A DNA stretch of 64,000 nucleotides from the NCBI RefSeq assembly GCF_037042905.1, contig NC_087251.1, forward strand, positions 39,124,001-39,188,000. The letters run 5' to 3'. Shown piece after piece: positions 1 to 13,255 of this stretch. Made by a program: the position numbers and the translations under genes. The notes beneath the pieces were generated by a model, which was given only the letters and a program-made list of their open reading frames with translations, was not told the DNA's origin and did not search any database. Positions within the stretch are counted from its first letter, which is position 1. Each line of letters opens with the position of its first letter. The stretch is from Lytechinus pictus. Its lineage: Eukaryota.

Positions 1-944
1 AGTGTGAATTTTGTAATATCATCATCAACAGGAACTTTCCATATGAGCCCAAAACAATCTGGTTCTGTTACTGCTTTCAGTTCTTTTAATAGGCATTTTA
101 ATTTCCTTATTTCATTTTGAAAAAAAAAAGAATTTTTACAAAATTGTGCCAACATATAAATAATCTACATATGTCTTAAAGAATAATTGTTGTTTAAGGG
201 TAATTCCATCTGAACAAAAAGCTGAAAATTTTATCACAATTGGATGCATGGTTGGTATGCATATGAGGGAACTAATGACGTCACCCACTCACTATTTCTT
301 TTGCATGTTTTTCATCATTAGAATATGAAACAAGGTTTGGTTCCTTATCTGTTTCTGTTATGGTAACTACCGTGTGAACTCGACAGGACAGCTTTTTGCT
401 GGTATACTGCCTAGCTGGTACATACATGTAACCAATTACCTATGAAACATTTTGCGTCTAAGTTTCAGTCATAGTGGCTGGCTGACCATAAAGACGACAG
501 AAATTACTCTCAATCCTGCAAAATTGGAAAATTCATATAATGAAATACAAAAGAAACAGTGCGTGTGTGCCAGCATCTATCAACTCTTTCATTCCTATAA
601 CTGTCTTGTGAAATAAACGAAATTGTAAAATGTTATTTTTTTTTCTTTCTAATTTTATTTATGTATGGTTGCCTAATTAATCAATTAAAATAAATAATAA
701 TGATAATAATATGTCCATTTATATAGCGCAGTTCTGACCAGTGTAAACTTTCAGTTGTCAGAAAAAAAATCCCAAAGTCTGTTCATTGATTCAATTGGGC
801 AAAACAAATTGTATTGAGAGATGTCTATAGTTCAGTTCTGAAAGTGAACTGCTTGGCAAGTGGAAATGACGAGGGGAAGACTGATCCAATGGTACCATCT
901 ACAGGGAGATTTACTCATTATATGTCCTTTATATCTTTCTTCAG

Positions 945-1152
945 CTTTCCTTATCCAGGGCAGCTTGCATCAGGCGCCATGTACCCTTCCGCAATGCCTC
1001 CACCCACGATGCCTCCGCCGCCTCTACTACCTCCTCAACACGGCGCCCTCTCTGGCAATACACCGGCCATGGGGGCGTACCTCGCACCCCAGCCGCAGGC
1101 CTCACGGAACAATGACAATGATGAGGATAGCGATGAAGACTATGACGCGTAG
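945..1152 (+). CDS. DRAP1: Terminal coding exon of a gene entering from the left; Pro-rich then acidic C-terminus, resembling DRAP1/NC2-alpha
   Basis: GC-rich coding-like island in AT-rich DNA after a pyrimidine tract and AG (943-944; alternative AG 957-958). Reads ...GQLASGAMYPSAMPPPTMPPPPLLPP...NNDNDEDSDEDYDA, TAG at 1150-1152. Pro-rich then ...EDYDx matches my recollection of the DRAP1 C-terminus. The histone fold is not in the window, so the name is tentative. Confidence 0.5.
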
Positions 1153-1442
1153 TAGCTTTTATAATATAGTATTTGAAGAAATGTGAAAAACATTGTGTGA
1201 AACATTAAAAGAAGCACTTTGCCAGGATGCCTTAAAGATTGGTTAAGGGAATGGATCGTAAGGATGAAAAGAGATGGAGACGTTGCTTTGTAAAAAACAA
1301 GCCAGGATGACATTCATCAGTGAGATGCCACTTCTTTTCTACCTGCAGAGTTGACCCATCCTGAAGGAGACATTTGCTTGTATTAACAAGTCAGGATGAC
1401 ATTCATCAGAGAGATGCAACTTCTTTTCTACCTGCACACTTG

Positions 1443-1716
1443 GCCCAGCCGTCTTACAAAGAGTTACGATTGATCCAATCAATCTCAAGTGTATGGAAAT
1501 CCATCAATGTCATAATTTTTTCTTTAGGAAATTTGCTCAATGTCCTTTGGAAACAAAGAGAAGCATACTGCATTGTCAAGAAAACGGTGAATGTATGAAT
1601 ATACATCATTTCTATAAAATATTTTGAGCAAACATGTATTTTAGATGTTGACGTTGCTGGCTTTCCATAGTTATGATTGATAGGATCAATCGTAACTCTT
1701 TGTTAGACGGGGCCCA
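1443..1716. mobile_element. GGCCCCGTCTTACAAAGAGTT-family MITE
   Basis: TIR ccgtcttacaaagagttacgattgatcc / ggatcaatcgtaactctttgttagacgg; further copies at 13256-13499 (opposite orientation) and 59450-59721. Confidence 0.8.
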
Positions 1717-2202
1717 GGATGACGTTCATCAGGGAGATGCAATTTTTTCTACCTACTGATTTTGACCAGTTTGATGAGAAATACTTATTGAGTGCTTTAG
1801 AGATAATCTACTTCTGTGAAGAGAAATGCTTAATTGAGTGCATTTCAGATGATGTATTTCTAGATCTTGGACTCCGATTGAGAGATGGAACTTCTTTCTA
1901 CCGTTAGTCTTGACCCAGCTTGAAGAGAAATACATGATAGCCCATATTCTGGAATTGCTTTGATTTAGACTCTGGTCTAATGTTGTGGCTAACAGGCCAA
2001 GGTCAACGCTGCTGCATATTTTGCATTGCGTAATGCAGGTGAAGCTGCCGCGGGTGCTCCTCATGTCTATAAATTAATATAGGAGATATCCGTTTTGTGA
2101 ATCAAATTGATGAAAGAAATGTCAGGTTATACATTTTTTTTTATTATGAAATATGTGAATTCGTACGCATTTGCTACTCACGAATCCCATTTTTTTTCTC
2201 CG

Positions 2203-2731
2203 TTTTTTGTCTCGCCCACCAGAGGTGAAGGAGAGACTAAGGGATCCAAATGTTGTCCGTCCATCACAAACATTATGACATATAACTCCACAACCATGAG
2301 TCACTTTTCAACCAAACTTGGATGGTAGATGTACTTAGGAGACCTGCATGTACTTGTAATGCTGCAGTTGGAGGTCACATGGTATGGTCAAAGGTCATTG
2401 TCAGGTCAACATTAAAGTTTATGTGCAAGGCTTTCTTATGACACAGAACTCCACAACCATAAGTCACTTTTCAACCAAACTTGGATGGTAGATGTACTTC
2501 GGGGACCTGCATGTTGTGCTGCAGTCGGAGGTCACATGGTAAAGTCAAAGCTCATTTTGAGGTCAACATTAAAGTTAATGTGCAAGACTCTTATGACAAA
2601 TGTTATTCCATCCCAGTAATTTACAATGAACTTTTGATACAATTCTGTTACGTGCCCTTGCAAATCACAATATTTCTGGGTACTTTCACAAGTGGGCGAG
2701 ACACAACATCGCTTTTTTTAATATGCCTTGT
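2203..2731 (+). mobile_element. Helentron-associated (HINE/DINE-1/Tsp-like) non-autonomous element
   Basis: T-run insertion; subterminal IR tgtctcgcccac (2208) / gtgggcgagaca (2692); 5' hairpin; short GTCC repeat; two ~170-bp tandem core units with ggtcaaaggtca. Confidence 0.6.
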
Positions 2732-5700
2732 TATGAGTTTTATTATGACTATTGTGTAGCTCCAAGGAGCAGGTCCAAGCTATTATATCCGTGCTGACAG
2801 TTCAAAGTACATGTATCTGAATTTTCTGTTTCATTATTGGATGCATACCATTTAGAACATGGTTACTAGGAGTAAACATATTCATTTGTTAATAAGTTTG
2901 GAAATAATTTGCAAGTACTATGAGGCTCAGAATTAAGATGGTGTGGTAATTAGGTTTGGTAGATAGATGTAGAGTTCACTTATTTTGCAACTTTCTTGTG
3001 ATGAGGTTAGTATTTGTGTTTGTTTTATTGGAATGATTTACCACTTATAATTAGGCAGTCTCCATTACTAGAAACCGTTCCTACAAAGCAGAAAAGCATT
3101 GGAAACCCATCTTTTTTGTAGTATGTAGTTCTAAGATTAAAAATTCCATTCAATGGATTCATTGTTAGGGCCTTGGGCATAATGGGAAAAGCATAGTATT
3201 ATATTTTGTGTTGACTATTCTGCAAAAGTGGATCCAAAGGTTTTCCAGAGTTTTCACCTATTGTTTTTATGATTAATCTCTGGTTTTTTACCCTGGATCT
3301 ACTTGTCGTAGAATTTTTAACACCCCCCCCACCCCTGGAATTCTTTCCACAATACCTAAATTCATATTATTGTAAAGTCTCATTATCACTCATTGCAATG
3401 AAGTGGCATCTCTTTTGTGTGTGTAATTATGGAATGTGCAGTCACCCTGAATATAGGGCAAAGTCGAAAGTGAAATTTGCAAACTGTTTTCTAATCAGGT
3501 TCTAAATTTCTTGTAAACATGCTATGTGTTTTGTAAGCACCCATTTCATTAAGGGTTTTGTTTTAAGTGAAATTCTTGAATGTTCAACAAACAATGAAAC
3601 CAACGTCTCAATCTTGTTTTTACAGCAAACAACAAATTGTTTAATCTGGCACCCAATCTATCCTTCATTTTGTTTTTGCATTGCTTCTGCATATTTACCA
3701 GGACTGCACATTTCATGATTGCATAAACATAACAATCTTTTTAACTGTAAAATTTGACTTGTAGAATTTATTTTTTTAGGGTTCATTTGCAATCAAAGAG
3801 CTATTAAATTTCTAAATTAGTGATATGTCATACCCCTGATGCTGTAGTCCATTTCTTCAAATATCAAGGAATCATTTGAAATTTTAGAAATTAGGTCTGT
3901 AATATATTCTTAGGCTGGCAAGGCAGATGGACAAATTTTATTATGTCAAGAATCCATCTGATTTCTTTTTTCCATAATTACAATAATATATGATGCCAGT
4001 TGTGTGTTTCTCTTCTTAAGAAAATCAACCAATTGTATAGGCTTAGTACATGTATTAGAAAGTGATAGTATATTGTGAGATTGTTTTAGAATTTTGAACA
4101 GTTTATGGCACTCAGCAAATTTCCGGAAGGTGTTTCACAATCAGATGAATCTGACGTCAATTAATGTTCAAGTATTAACAATAACATGCACATGATATTA
4201 TTGTGCAGTCCCATTGATTCATATGGCATATGCAGTAGAGTATGTCTTCTGTGCGCGATCCAACCAATTTTTAGTCACAGTTAAATCTTTGTGAAACACC
4301 CCTCTGATTTGTTACAAGCCATCCCAAAACCAGCATTTAGTTGCCAGGATCTCTTTAAATAGCTAATTTTAAAATGATAAAATTAGTTTATCTAAAAGAG
4401 TATCTTTTCTTCTCAATACTGTCAAAATTTGAAGTTGTAAAATTCAATAAAAGACGAGGTACAGGAGTTTCATTACACCCTTATTTCGGACTTCTTGGAA
4501 GTTTCATGGAGATTGCTCAGAGTGCACATCTCTTGCTTGAGTGACCCCTGAACTTCAAACCTTGTTTTCTCCTAATGTTTTGAAGCGCTCATTGAATTTC
4601 TTCTACCTTCTATCAAGTACTTTTAATGGTTACTGTTGTTCCATTTCGACAAGTTCAGGTTTTGACAATCATTTGTAAGCTTAGCATGTGCTTTTTCAAG
4701 CTCAATGAAATTTCCAAAACTCATTTGAGCGACTTATTGATGGTTTTGGCATGGCATATCACATCTCTCTCTCACGTCACATGTAATATCAGATAGCTTG
4801 GACCTGCTCTATAGTGTACGATAGTGTACGATTGTCTGTATTATATGATTGCTTTGTATTCATGATTTTTTTTTCTTTCTTGGAGAAAATGTAAGGCCAG
4901 CAGCTGAGAAGATTCATTCAGGTTACAGGACCATAGCAGTTGACCTCAATCGATTGATGGTGGTAGGCTCTGAACCTCACAAACATGGCTTCCTGTCTGG
5001 TTTAAGCTGGGATCTTCCTGCCAGAATCACACAATTTGTGACATCACTACCAAGAGATCTATTTTTCAGTGTACAGAGAAGGGCACTGGACACTTGTGCA
5101 TGATATACAACTCACCACAATGTAAGTGCTTTATTAATGATTTCAATGATATTTTGTGTAGCCTAGAGTATGTGAGGCAATGCAATCGGTTTTCCAGTAT
5201 GCTGAGGGCAATAACTAGTGTGGAAACAGTGGGCAGAAATTTCCCTACCATCAGGATTTTTATCCATATTTTACTTTAATTGCAATTTTTAAATTTGTGA
5301 AATTTTAATCAGTTGATTGTAGTCTTTAGTATATACCTCCCTGTACTAATCTGTTCCAGCTGTTGCTTTAAATTCATCTGTTTCACATCATTGCAACATG
5401 TTATTTGTCATGACTGATATTATAATGTGCTAAGAAGATAAAAATATTCTTTTACAAGGAAATTCAGATATGTTTACAGACTTTGATCCCATTAATTTGT
5501 TTAATTACAGAACCACTACAGAGCAGTGTGAATTATTTTGCAATATATTTATTCCCTTTTCTGTACATGTTAATTTTTTGGACATCACTTTACGTGGTCA
5601 TTTCACTATGAACCTACATTAACCTCATGTTTATGCTAATGCCGATGGCACCACCAGAAACAAAAGGTTTGCGCGAGTGCCGAGTTTGTATCCATCATGT

Positions 5701-6379
5701 AATCATAGAATGTGAAGAGATAATGTGGACTGCACGAATGTTTAGATATGTGATGATCAAGGTAGATTCTCAATATAGGTTTGTCTGCCCAAATCTTCAA
5801 TTTCGGATATAAAATTTTCACCCATTTTTGTGAGGGTTGTATGCTTCAATGATTCTCCCACAATGTGTAAAAAAAATATGCTCCTTAAATCACAGCAATA
5901 CATGTCTAGAATCTAGTTTCAGAAGTGCAATGTTGAATTTTGATTTCTAGAGCCTTGCCAGTGTAGTGTTTCAAGTTGAACCTTATCACCTTATTTGTAA
6001 TGGGGATTTGCATGTTCTTCAAATTTCATTGGAGCGATTTAGCCAAGATGGCTGTAGGCCTTGTTGGCATTAAGATTGATCAAAAACTGGTTTGCACTCC
6101 AAGTTGACGCAGATAACCATTTGTGCCTACACAAAGAATTGAAGAGAGCAACTGTTGACTTACGTTAGAAGTGTCTTCCAGAAATCTGTTTCATGTGCAG
6201 CGTGACATCTTTGTATTTGGCATTTGGAAATCTGGTGTGTTAATCTTCAAGTACTGTCTGACAATGCTGTTCTTTTCAGCTTACGCATGATATCCAGAGC
6301 TCTTCAAGATCTCATGAAAGTCACACATGTATGGGACATTCAAATGCTGATATTTTTGTGAGTGTTGGCCTCTTTGTGG

Positions 6380-6781
6380 CAGGGTTCCCAGCCCATCAGG
6401 GAAATCAAGGAAAATTGTTTTACTTTTTTCCAGTCAGGGAAAAATCAGGGAATTTGAAAAAAAATACCTAAAATCAGGTAAAAATGCCTCAAATGAGGGG
6501 AAAATCAGGGAATTTGATTAGCCCAAAAGTTGAAAGCACGGTAGTCAGTCAGACTGTTATATTTTTCTTGCATATCAAAACAACATCCATTGAATGACTG
6601 GTTATGGTGCTACTAATTAGTTTTACACTATTGTTTTCATACTGAAAATACATGTAATTCACTGCAACAACTTAGAAAACATGCAAAACTAGGAATTGGT
6701 TTAAATAATGATCAGGGAATTTTTTAACTCCATCAGGGAAAAATCAGGGATTTTTTTTTTCTTGAAAAGCTGGGAACCCCG
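6380..6781. mobile_element. hAT-like MITE (CAGGGTTCCC termini, ATCAGGG subterminal repeats)
   Basis: TIR cagggttcccagc / gctgggaaccccg; flanks share TTGTGG. Confidence 0.75.
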
Positions 6782-8818
6782 TTGTGGTGGCATTAGAGGA
6801 ATCCTCAGTGGATCTAGTTCCAGATGATCATGTTTGTTCTTTTTTCATCCATTAGTGATGTTTCCCCGTGTTTATTGGATTTTGCCAGATTTATTTGACT
6901 CTGATGAAATGAAAGGAACTGTGAAGTCTTGGTTTCATAAGTTCAGTCAATAAAGAATATTCTGTGCTCTTCTCACATGCTGATATTGTCACCAAAAGGG
7001 AAGCTACATACATTTTCTGGCTTAGTCTGCTAGTGTAAAGCCTCATTTTGAATTATAAAAGGCAGATCATTTAGCCTTTGTCAACATTGCTTTTCTGTGT
7101 CCAGGAGGAAACCCTTTTTATTGGGAAGGATTTAGGATAGATTTCCCATGTAGAGGGAAGTTCACCAAGTTCAGGTATTCAGAAATGTTGTCCCTGAAAG
7201 TGAAGAGAAACTTTGGTTTACTGTGTTAAAGGTATATGTGCTTAGCATTGCCACTTGTATATTCACTTCCTAATATCGTTACTGTATCCCCTTCTTGCTC
7301 ATCAATCCCAAAGAAACATACAAAACAACAATTTTCCATCAACAATTAGGGAGTAGCCTGCCAGAAAGACCGAGCCGGCTTTTATTACCAATGTTCTCTT
7401 GCCACATTGTTACAATTTCAGATTAGCAACAAATATTATAATCATTTGAAAACTTGAGACAATCAAAATTATCTAATAACCCGATCAAAATATCAACTGA
7501 TATTATTTTTCATATCTAGAACAAGATAAATTTTTATCTGTACTGTAAACGATATGGAACTCTTTCCTTAAGTTCCATACCCAGACCAATTTCCTTAGGG
7601 TGAAAAAACCAGAGATAAACTGTATAAGGAAAAACCTAATGGAAAATCGCCTTAAAAGAATTCAGGTCAAAAAATGAGCTGAATTTATTTATGAACAACA
7701 ATTCTAACCGTTCTAATTTTTTTTAATTTTAAATATTTAGGTGTTGTAAAAAGATCTGACAAAGCTAGAATGGCTACCACGCCTTCCTCCTTCCCAGTTA
7801 TACCTTCCCAGACATTCCTTTCTCCTCAAGCACAATAAACTTCCACCTGCATAAAATATTCAAACCTTCCCGCTTCCGCAGGCTCGTGGCCACTCGCCAC
7901 AGAACCTGTTACGTAATCATTCATGAATGTTCATATACAAAGTTTTCCTGCTCTACGATGTACCACAGGAAAATACAAATATTGGGAGAATGGCCTCCAC
8001 TCAGTGATTCAGTTCGCCTGTAAGCCTTCATCTTTTCCTGAAGCTTGATAGGAAGTGGTGCTGGGCCGTCTATCCACCTAATTTCCAGTCTGTGGGTGGG
8101 GCAGTGATTGGTAGATTGTTCCAACTGTCGGTGGCCCTTTGGCTAAAGAAAGGATTTCCTCCATCCATTCTGGAAAAAAGTTTGGTAATTCTTTTTTATC
8201 TGATGCAGTCTGTGAAAGTTGACTTTGCTTCTTAATTGCGTTTTTTTGGTTATAGTTTCCTACATCCAGTCTGGAAGCAGTTTTGGGAATTTCATAAAAT
8301 GCAGTCAGTGAAAGTTGGCATAGCTTCTTGATGACCATATGGCATTAGAATTGGTTTGCTATATCCATGGAAAGAATTTTTGGAAATTTCATTTGGTGTC
8401 GTCTCTAAAATTTGACATTGCACTTCACTACTAGGGGTCATGCATTGTATTGTAATGATAGATAGGGGATTATAAACCATTGTGGGATATAAAGTGTACT
8501 CCCTCAGGACAAGCCTATGTTGAGGTCCTAACTTATTAGATCTATCTATCATTGTCGGTGCCTCGCCTGATCACTCAGAGTTCATGGTTATATGATGGAT
8601 ACATTATGCAAGCAAACATTTGGTTCTAATCAATAAATCAAAATGCAGTGTTCCTTGAAGTTCATATGAACACAGTTGCATTAATGTACAGAAAAGGGTC
8701 TATTTATGTGCAAAATTGTAATATATTCCATTTGCTCATTCAAAAAGAACCCCCCCCCCCCCAATAAAAAAAGGAAAAAAAATCATCAACCAATGAACAA
8801 ATTATTAAAAGTGTCATA

Positions 8819-9023
8819 CAAATTCATTAATTAGAAAGTCAAAAAGGGGCCTAAGCTTTCGATCCTAGTTGAATCTTCGTCGGAAGATGAAGATTCTCCG
8901 ACGAAGATTCTGCTAGGATCGAAAGCTTAGGCCCCTTTTTGACTTTCTAATTTACTCCATTGGCTCTCTTTTATTAGATAAGCAGTTTTCAGCAGCTTCT
9001 TTTTGCCATCAAATTCATTAATT
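8819..9023. mobile_element. Minimal Penelope-like insertion (inverted pLTR fragment with hammerhead-like motif)
   Basis: 56-bp inverted arms 8829-8884 / 8897-8952 (2 mismatches); direct repeat CAAATTCATTAATT at 8819-8832 and 9010-9023; cCGACGAAgattct-gct-aggatcGAAAgctt motif. Confidence 0.6.
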
Positions 9024-9158
9024 GATAAACGTACGAGATATGAAGAAAATGGTTAATAATAATACTCAAAATATTAAATAGAAAATTAGAACATTGTAAT
9101 ATCAGTCATGAATAATAAATGTTGAAATGGTGTGAAATGATGGAAGATTGGCAGATAA

Positions 9159-9280
9159 GGGGAGCATTTCATGAAGAGTTTTGTCAGCGATTATCACTGA
9201 TTAGTGTGCTCTAAGCCAATCAGATGCAAGGATTTTTTGGGGAAAATCGCTGACAAAGATATTTATGAAATGCTTCCCTG
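9159..9280. repeat. Short palindromic GGGGAGCATTTCATGAA-family MITE (many copies)
   Basis: ggggagcatttcatgaa / ttatgaaatgcttccc; relatives at ~20619-20778, 25530-25662, 45005-45143 and split around 32819-35155. Confidence 0.7.
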
Positions 9281-10554
9281 GATGGATAGTACAAGGAGGT
9301 ATGGAGAGAGAGACTACAATGAATGGATTAACTGGTAAACTTGTAGAAAGGAAGAGAAAAGGGTATAGGATGGGGGAGGGGTTGGGGTAAACCCCACCCG
9401 TTACAACTGTTGCCCTAGTAACATAATTGCTTGGAAAATCAATGCATTGTCTTTCATACTCTTGGCTACACAATATATCATTAAAATCATTCATAAAGCA
9501 CTTTCATTGTGGTAAGTTGTAGACCGTGCACAACCATGTCCAGTGCCCTTCTCTGTACACTGGAAATGGGTCTCTCAGTAGTGATGTCACATATTGTGTG
9601 ATTTTGTCAAGAAGACCCCAGCTCGGACTAGGCTGCTGGTCATTTTGTGAGGTTTGGGGTTCACCCCATTGATTCAAGAGGTCAGCTGCTATGGTACCTT
9701 AAAGCTTGAATGAATCTTCTTGGCTGCTGGCCATTTTTTTTATATTTCATTTTTCTATGAAAAATTAAATCTTTGCCGCCTTTAAATAATTTGCTTATTT
9801 GTGCATATGGAGTATTTGTATTCTGTGAAACGGTCCAGAAACTGACTTCCTCCTCCCCCCCTTTTTATTGAAATATCCTTTGTTACCCCAACCCAACTTC
9901 TCTCGCCCAAAATCACAAAGGTGATTTTGAGAACCATCGCTTGAACCCTTGGTTTATGCAGATTTTCTGTATGAATTATGCCCAATGCTGATGCGCGCTT
10001 TTGTCAAAGTGTACCAAATTGATGCCCATTGCCTTGGTAAAATATGCTATTTTACACAGGAAATCTGCATAAACCATGGGTTTAACCAATGGTTTTAAAA
10101 ACCACCTTTGTGAATTTGGGCCCATATGTTTGAATCTAGGGCCCCATTGCATAAAATTGACTAAATAAAGTACCTTTGCCATCCAATATTACTTTATTAG
10201 TTACCATTGGATGGCAAAGTTACTATAATACACATCATTAGGGGCATAAGTAAGAATTACACACACAAGATACCTTTGAAATGGCTCTAACATGTCAGAG
10301 ACGAAGCTGAGGGCGTTTCAAGGTAACAAGTGTGTGTAAGTATTCTAATGCTAGGCAAAATGATGTGCGTTGTGTTTGATAAAATAGTGCTATGGATCCT
10401 TATTTGATAAACCATGACCGGTCGTTAATACCAGTCATTTGAAATTCTCTTTACCTAAAATAAGTGACTGGTCATGCGATTGATTTTTAGCCAACCGCTT
10501 GATTAGGATCCATATCACTGTTTTATATTAACTTTTATGCAATAGGGCCCAGGG

Positions 10555-10960
10555 CCAGTATACCGAAAATTGTGTTATCTTTGCCAACGTGTACGCCATC
10601 TACCTACATTGCAGAGTTTTATCGAGTAGGTCATTTATGCAGTTCAAATCAACTATAAATACCACTTTTATAATTGTTATGACGATAAACACTGAAAAAG
10701 GTAGTACAAAAGATAAGTAGCAAAAGTACAAAATTTGGATGGGGGCCATACATTGCGTATGGTGCAGAATAATTTAAATTCTTAAGTGTTGCAAGTGAGC
10801 AAAGCGAGCCAGCAAAAAAATTAACCTTTTTGATCTGAAAAATTAATTTTGTTATTGATTTTGACAATATATTTGAAAAATAAACTATTTCATCCTTTTT
10901 CTTTTCTTTCTTGGCCATGCGCGCCATTGCTAAAGATAACACAATTTTCAGAATACCAGT
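10555..10960. mobile_element. MITE-like element with ~45-bp inverted ends
   Basis: gaaaattgtgttatctttgccaa / ttgctaaagataacacaattttc. Confidence 0.6.
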
Positions 10961-12105
10961 CAGCTTTTAGGTTTTCTTGGGTTCTGTAGTGTGTAGAAAG
11001 TAAACCAAATTTAGAAGATTTATGTTTACTGAAGTAATTGTACAAATTCCTTTTTTTCAAACAAATTTAAAATTTAAAAGTTGGCTTAAGGTTTCCAAAT
11101 ACAATTTATAACTTTTTCGTGTTTTGAAAGAAAGTTTGAAATAAAAAATTCAATTTATGTATTTTATGCCTTGACCGAGTCATTTGCAACTCGGCATTTG
11201 GTGATAGTTCAGTATTAAGTCTTGGATTTCCATTTTTAATTTGGATTACCTTTTTACACGCTGTATAAGCCAAACATTCAAGCCTTCTCATCTCTCATCA
11301 TGTTGCAAAATGGATTGACATTGAGGCAAACTTTCCCTACTTTCAAAGTAATGATAGTTGGAAATGACATGGCAGTAAATTTTCCATAATCCAAAAAAAA
11401 ATCATGACTGGTTCAGTCATTAGGCAATGCCTCAATATCAATGCACTTTGCAACATTCCCCTCTTACTTCAGTTTATAGTAGCGAACTTCACAAAATGAA
11501 AATAATTTTGTTGAATAGATTTTTATTTTGATAGCATATTTTTAATTTGTTTTTGAAGAGCATTTTTCGACAATGTGCTGTTATATTTTTTCACATTTTA
11601 CTTGTATTATTGAATAAAAAACCTATGTGGAAAGAGAATATATGGATTTAACAAAGCAAGAATAAATATTCAAATTGAAAATTTGCACTGCTAAGTTTTC
11701 ACTAGTTTTTTTTTTATACATCAATCATGAGGAGTTTTGGATCTGAGAATTAATTAATTCTTTTGCTGAAGTGTTGTTTGTTTTTATCAAGTTTTATATG
11801 AAGTTCACTCTTGGTACACATCTACATAAAGGGGCTTTCATAATTGGTTGCTCGACTGTTCATGAGCATTGCTATGGCGTGCAAAATATATAGTAATGAA
11901 AAGGTCGCACAACCAAGAGTGAAAGTCCCTACATAAGAGTAGATTAAGAGAGAATAGTAGAAGAAAACAGAGGGGAGTAGGATGGGAGGGGGGGGAGAGG
12001 GGGTGGAGAAGGACAGAAAGCAAGAGAAAATGACAATTAGAGCGAGGTGATGAAAAGAGAGAGAGAAACGGCAAAGGAAGGGAAATTGAGAACAGTAGAG
12101 GTGAG

Positions 12106-12400
12106 TATTGGCGGCGGAAGCCAAAAAAATTAGGGGGGGGTCCACCTGAAATTTTGGGATGGACACAGGAAACAAAATTGACAAGCAAAAAAAAAAAAAA
12201 AAAAGGTTATCAACACAAATTTTAGGGGGGGGGGTCCACCTGAATTTAGGGGGGGGACGCAGGAAACAAAATTGACAAGCAAAAAAAAAAAAAAAAAGGT
12301 TATCAACACAAATTTTAGGGGGGGTCCGTCCCCCACCTCAAATTTAGGGGGAGACATGACCCCCCGCCTCTCCCCCCCCCCCCCGCTTCCGCCGCCTATG
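12106..12400. mobile_element. hAT-type MITE with internal ~95-bp tandem duplication
   Basis: TIR (t)attggcggcggaagc / gcttccgccgcctatg; 8-bp TSD GAGGTGAG (12098-12105, 12401-12408). Confidence 0.85.
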
Positions 12401-13255
12401 GAGGTGAGTTAAAATACAACATCTGCAGAATGAGAAAGGGGATGAAAAATATGCAAGAGATTGGTTGAGACAATTTGGACATGACAAGGGGTACAGGGTT
12501 AAGAAAGAATTAATATTTTAAATAATAAAGTTGAATTCGAAATTCATGACAGATTGAAAAAATAATGACTGGTTATTACTTTAAGAAGGGATTGTGAGGA
12601 ACGACTATCTTCTGTTAAAAAAAAGAGACAAAGAGAAAGACAGAGAAGGGGGTGGGCAATCATAGTTTTTTCGAGAAAGAAAGTTGGGAAGATTTACTAA
12701 GGAAAGCGATAAATTAATGAATGAAAATTAACAGAAACAAGTAGTCATGTAGAAGAAAATAATGAATTACCTACATTTGTGATGAAAATACAAGTTTGAA
12801 AGGAAAGCGACAGGGAGAGAGAGGGAGGGGATGAGAGATTGACAAAGTTAAGGCCACCGCACACCTCACGACTGGTCTACGACCCAATTTTGGAACAAAT
12901 TACATTTTGCTTATTTCTGATATCGACAGTTTTTTTTATTCAATTTCAAATTGAAGTCGATCGTAAGATTGCTATGACGTCATTTCGATGTGATATTGAC
13001 TTGAGATAAGAAAGGAACCCAAGGAAGCATCGTGGATTCGAATTAACATATTCACAAGATAGAACTTTGCACAATTAAATGTTCCAAATCAGAGCATTAG
13101 AATTAAAATTTACGACGTTTTATTCCAAAATCGGGTGGCAGACCAATCGTTACCGACACGAGAATAAATACAAGTAGCCAAAAAAGATGTATCACGACAA
13201 TTTAATGATCAGGGGGCGTTTCTACTTATGTTCCTATGTAGATAACTTAGCAATG

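Noticed and set aside
814..944. N-terminal part of ORF 814..1152 as coding
   Set aside because: Non-ATG start and AT-rich intron-like composition ending in a pyrimidine tract and AG; treated as intron
7921..8552. Calling the overlapping minus-strand ORFs a gene or viral protein
   Set aside because: No recognisable motif or consistent splice structure; kept only as part of the inverted-duplication finding
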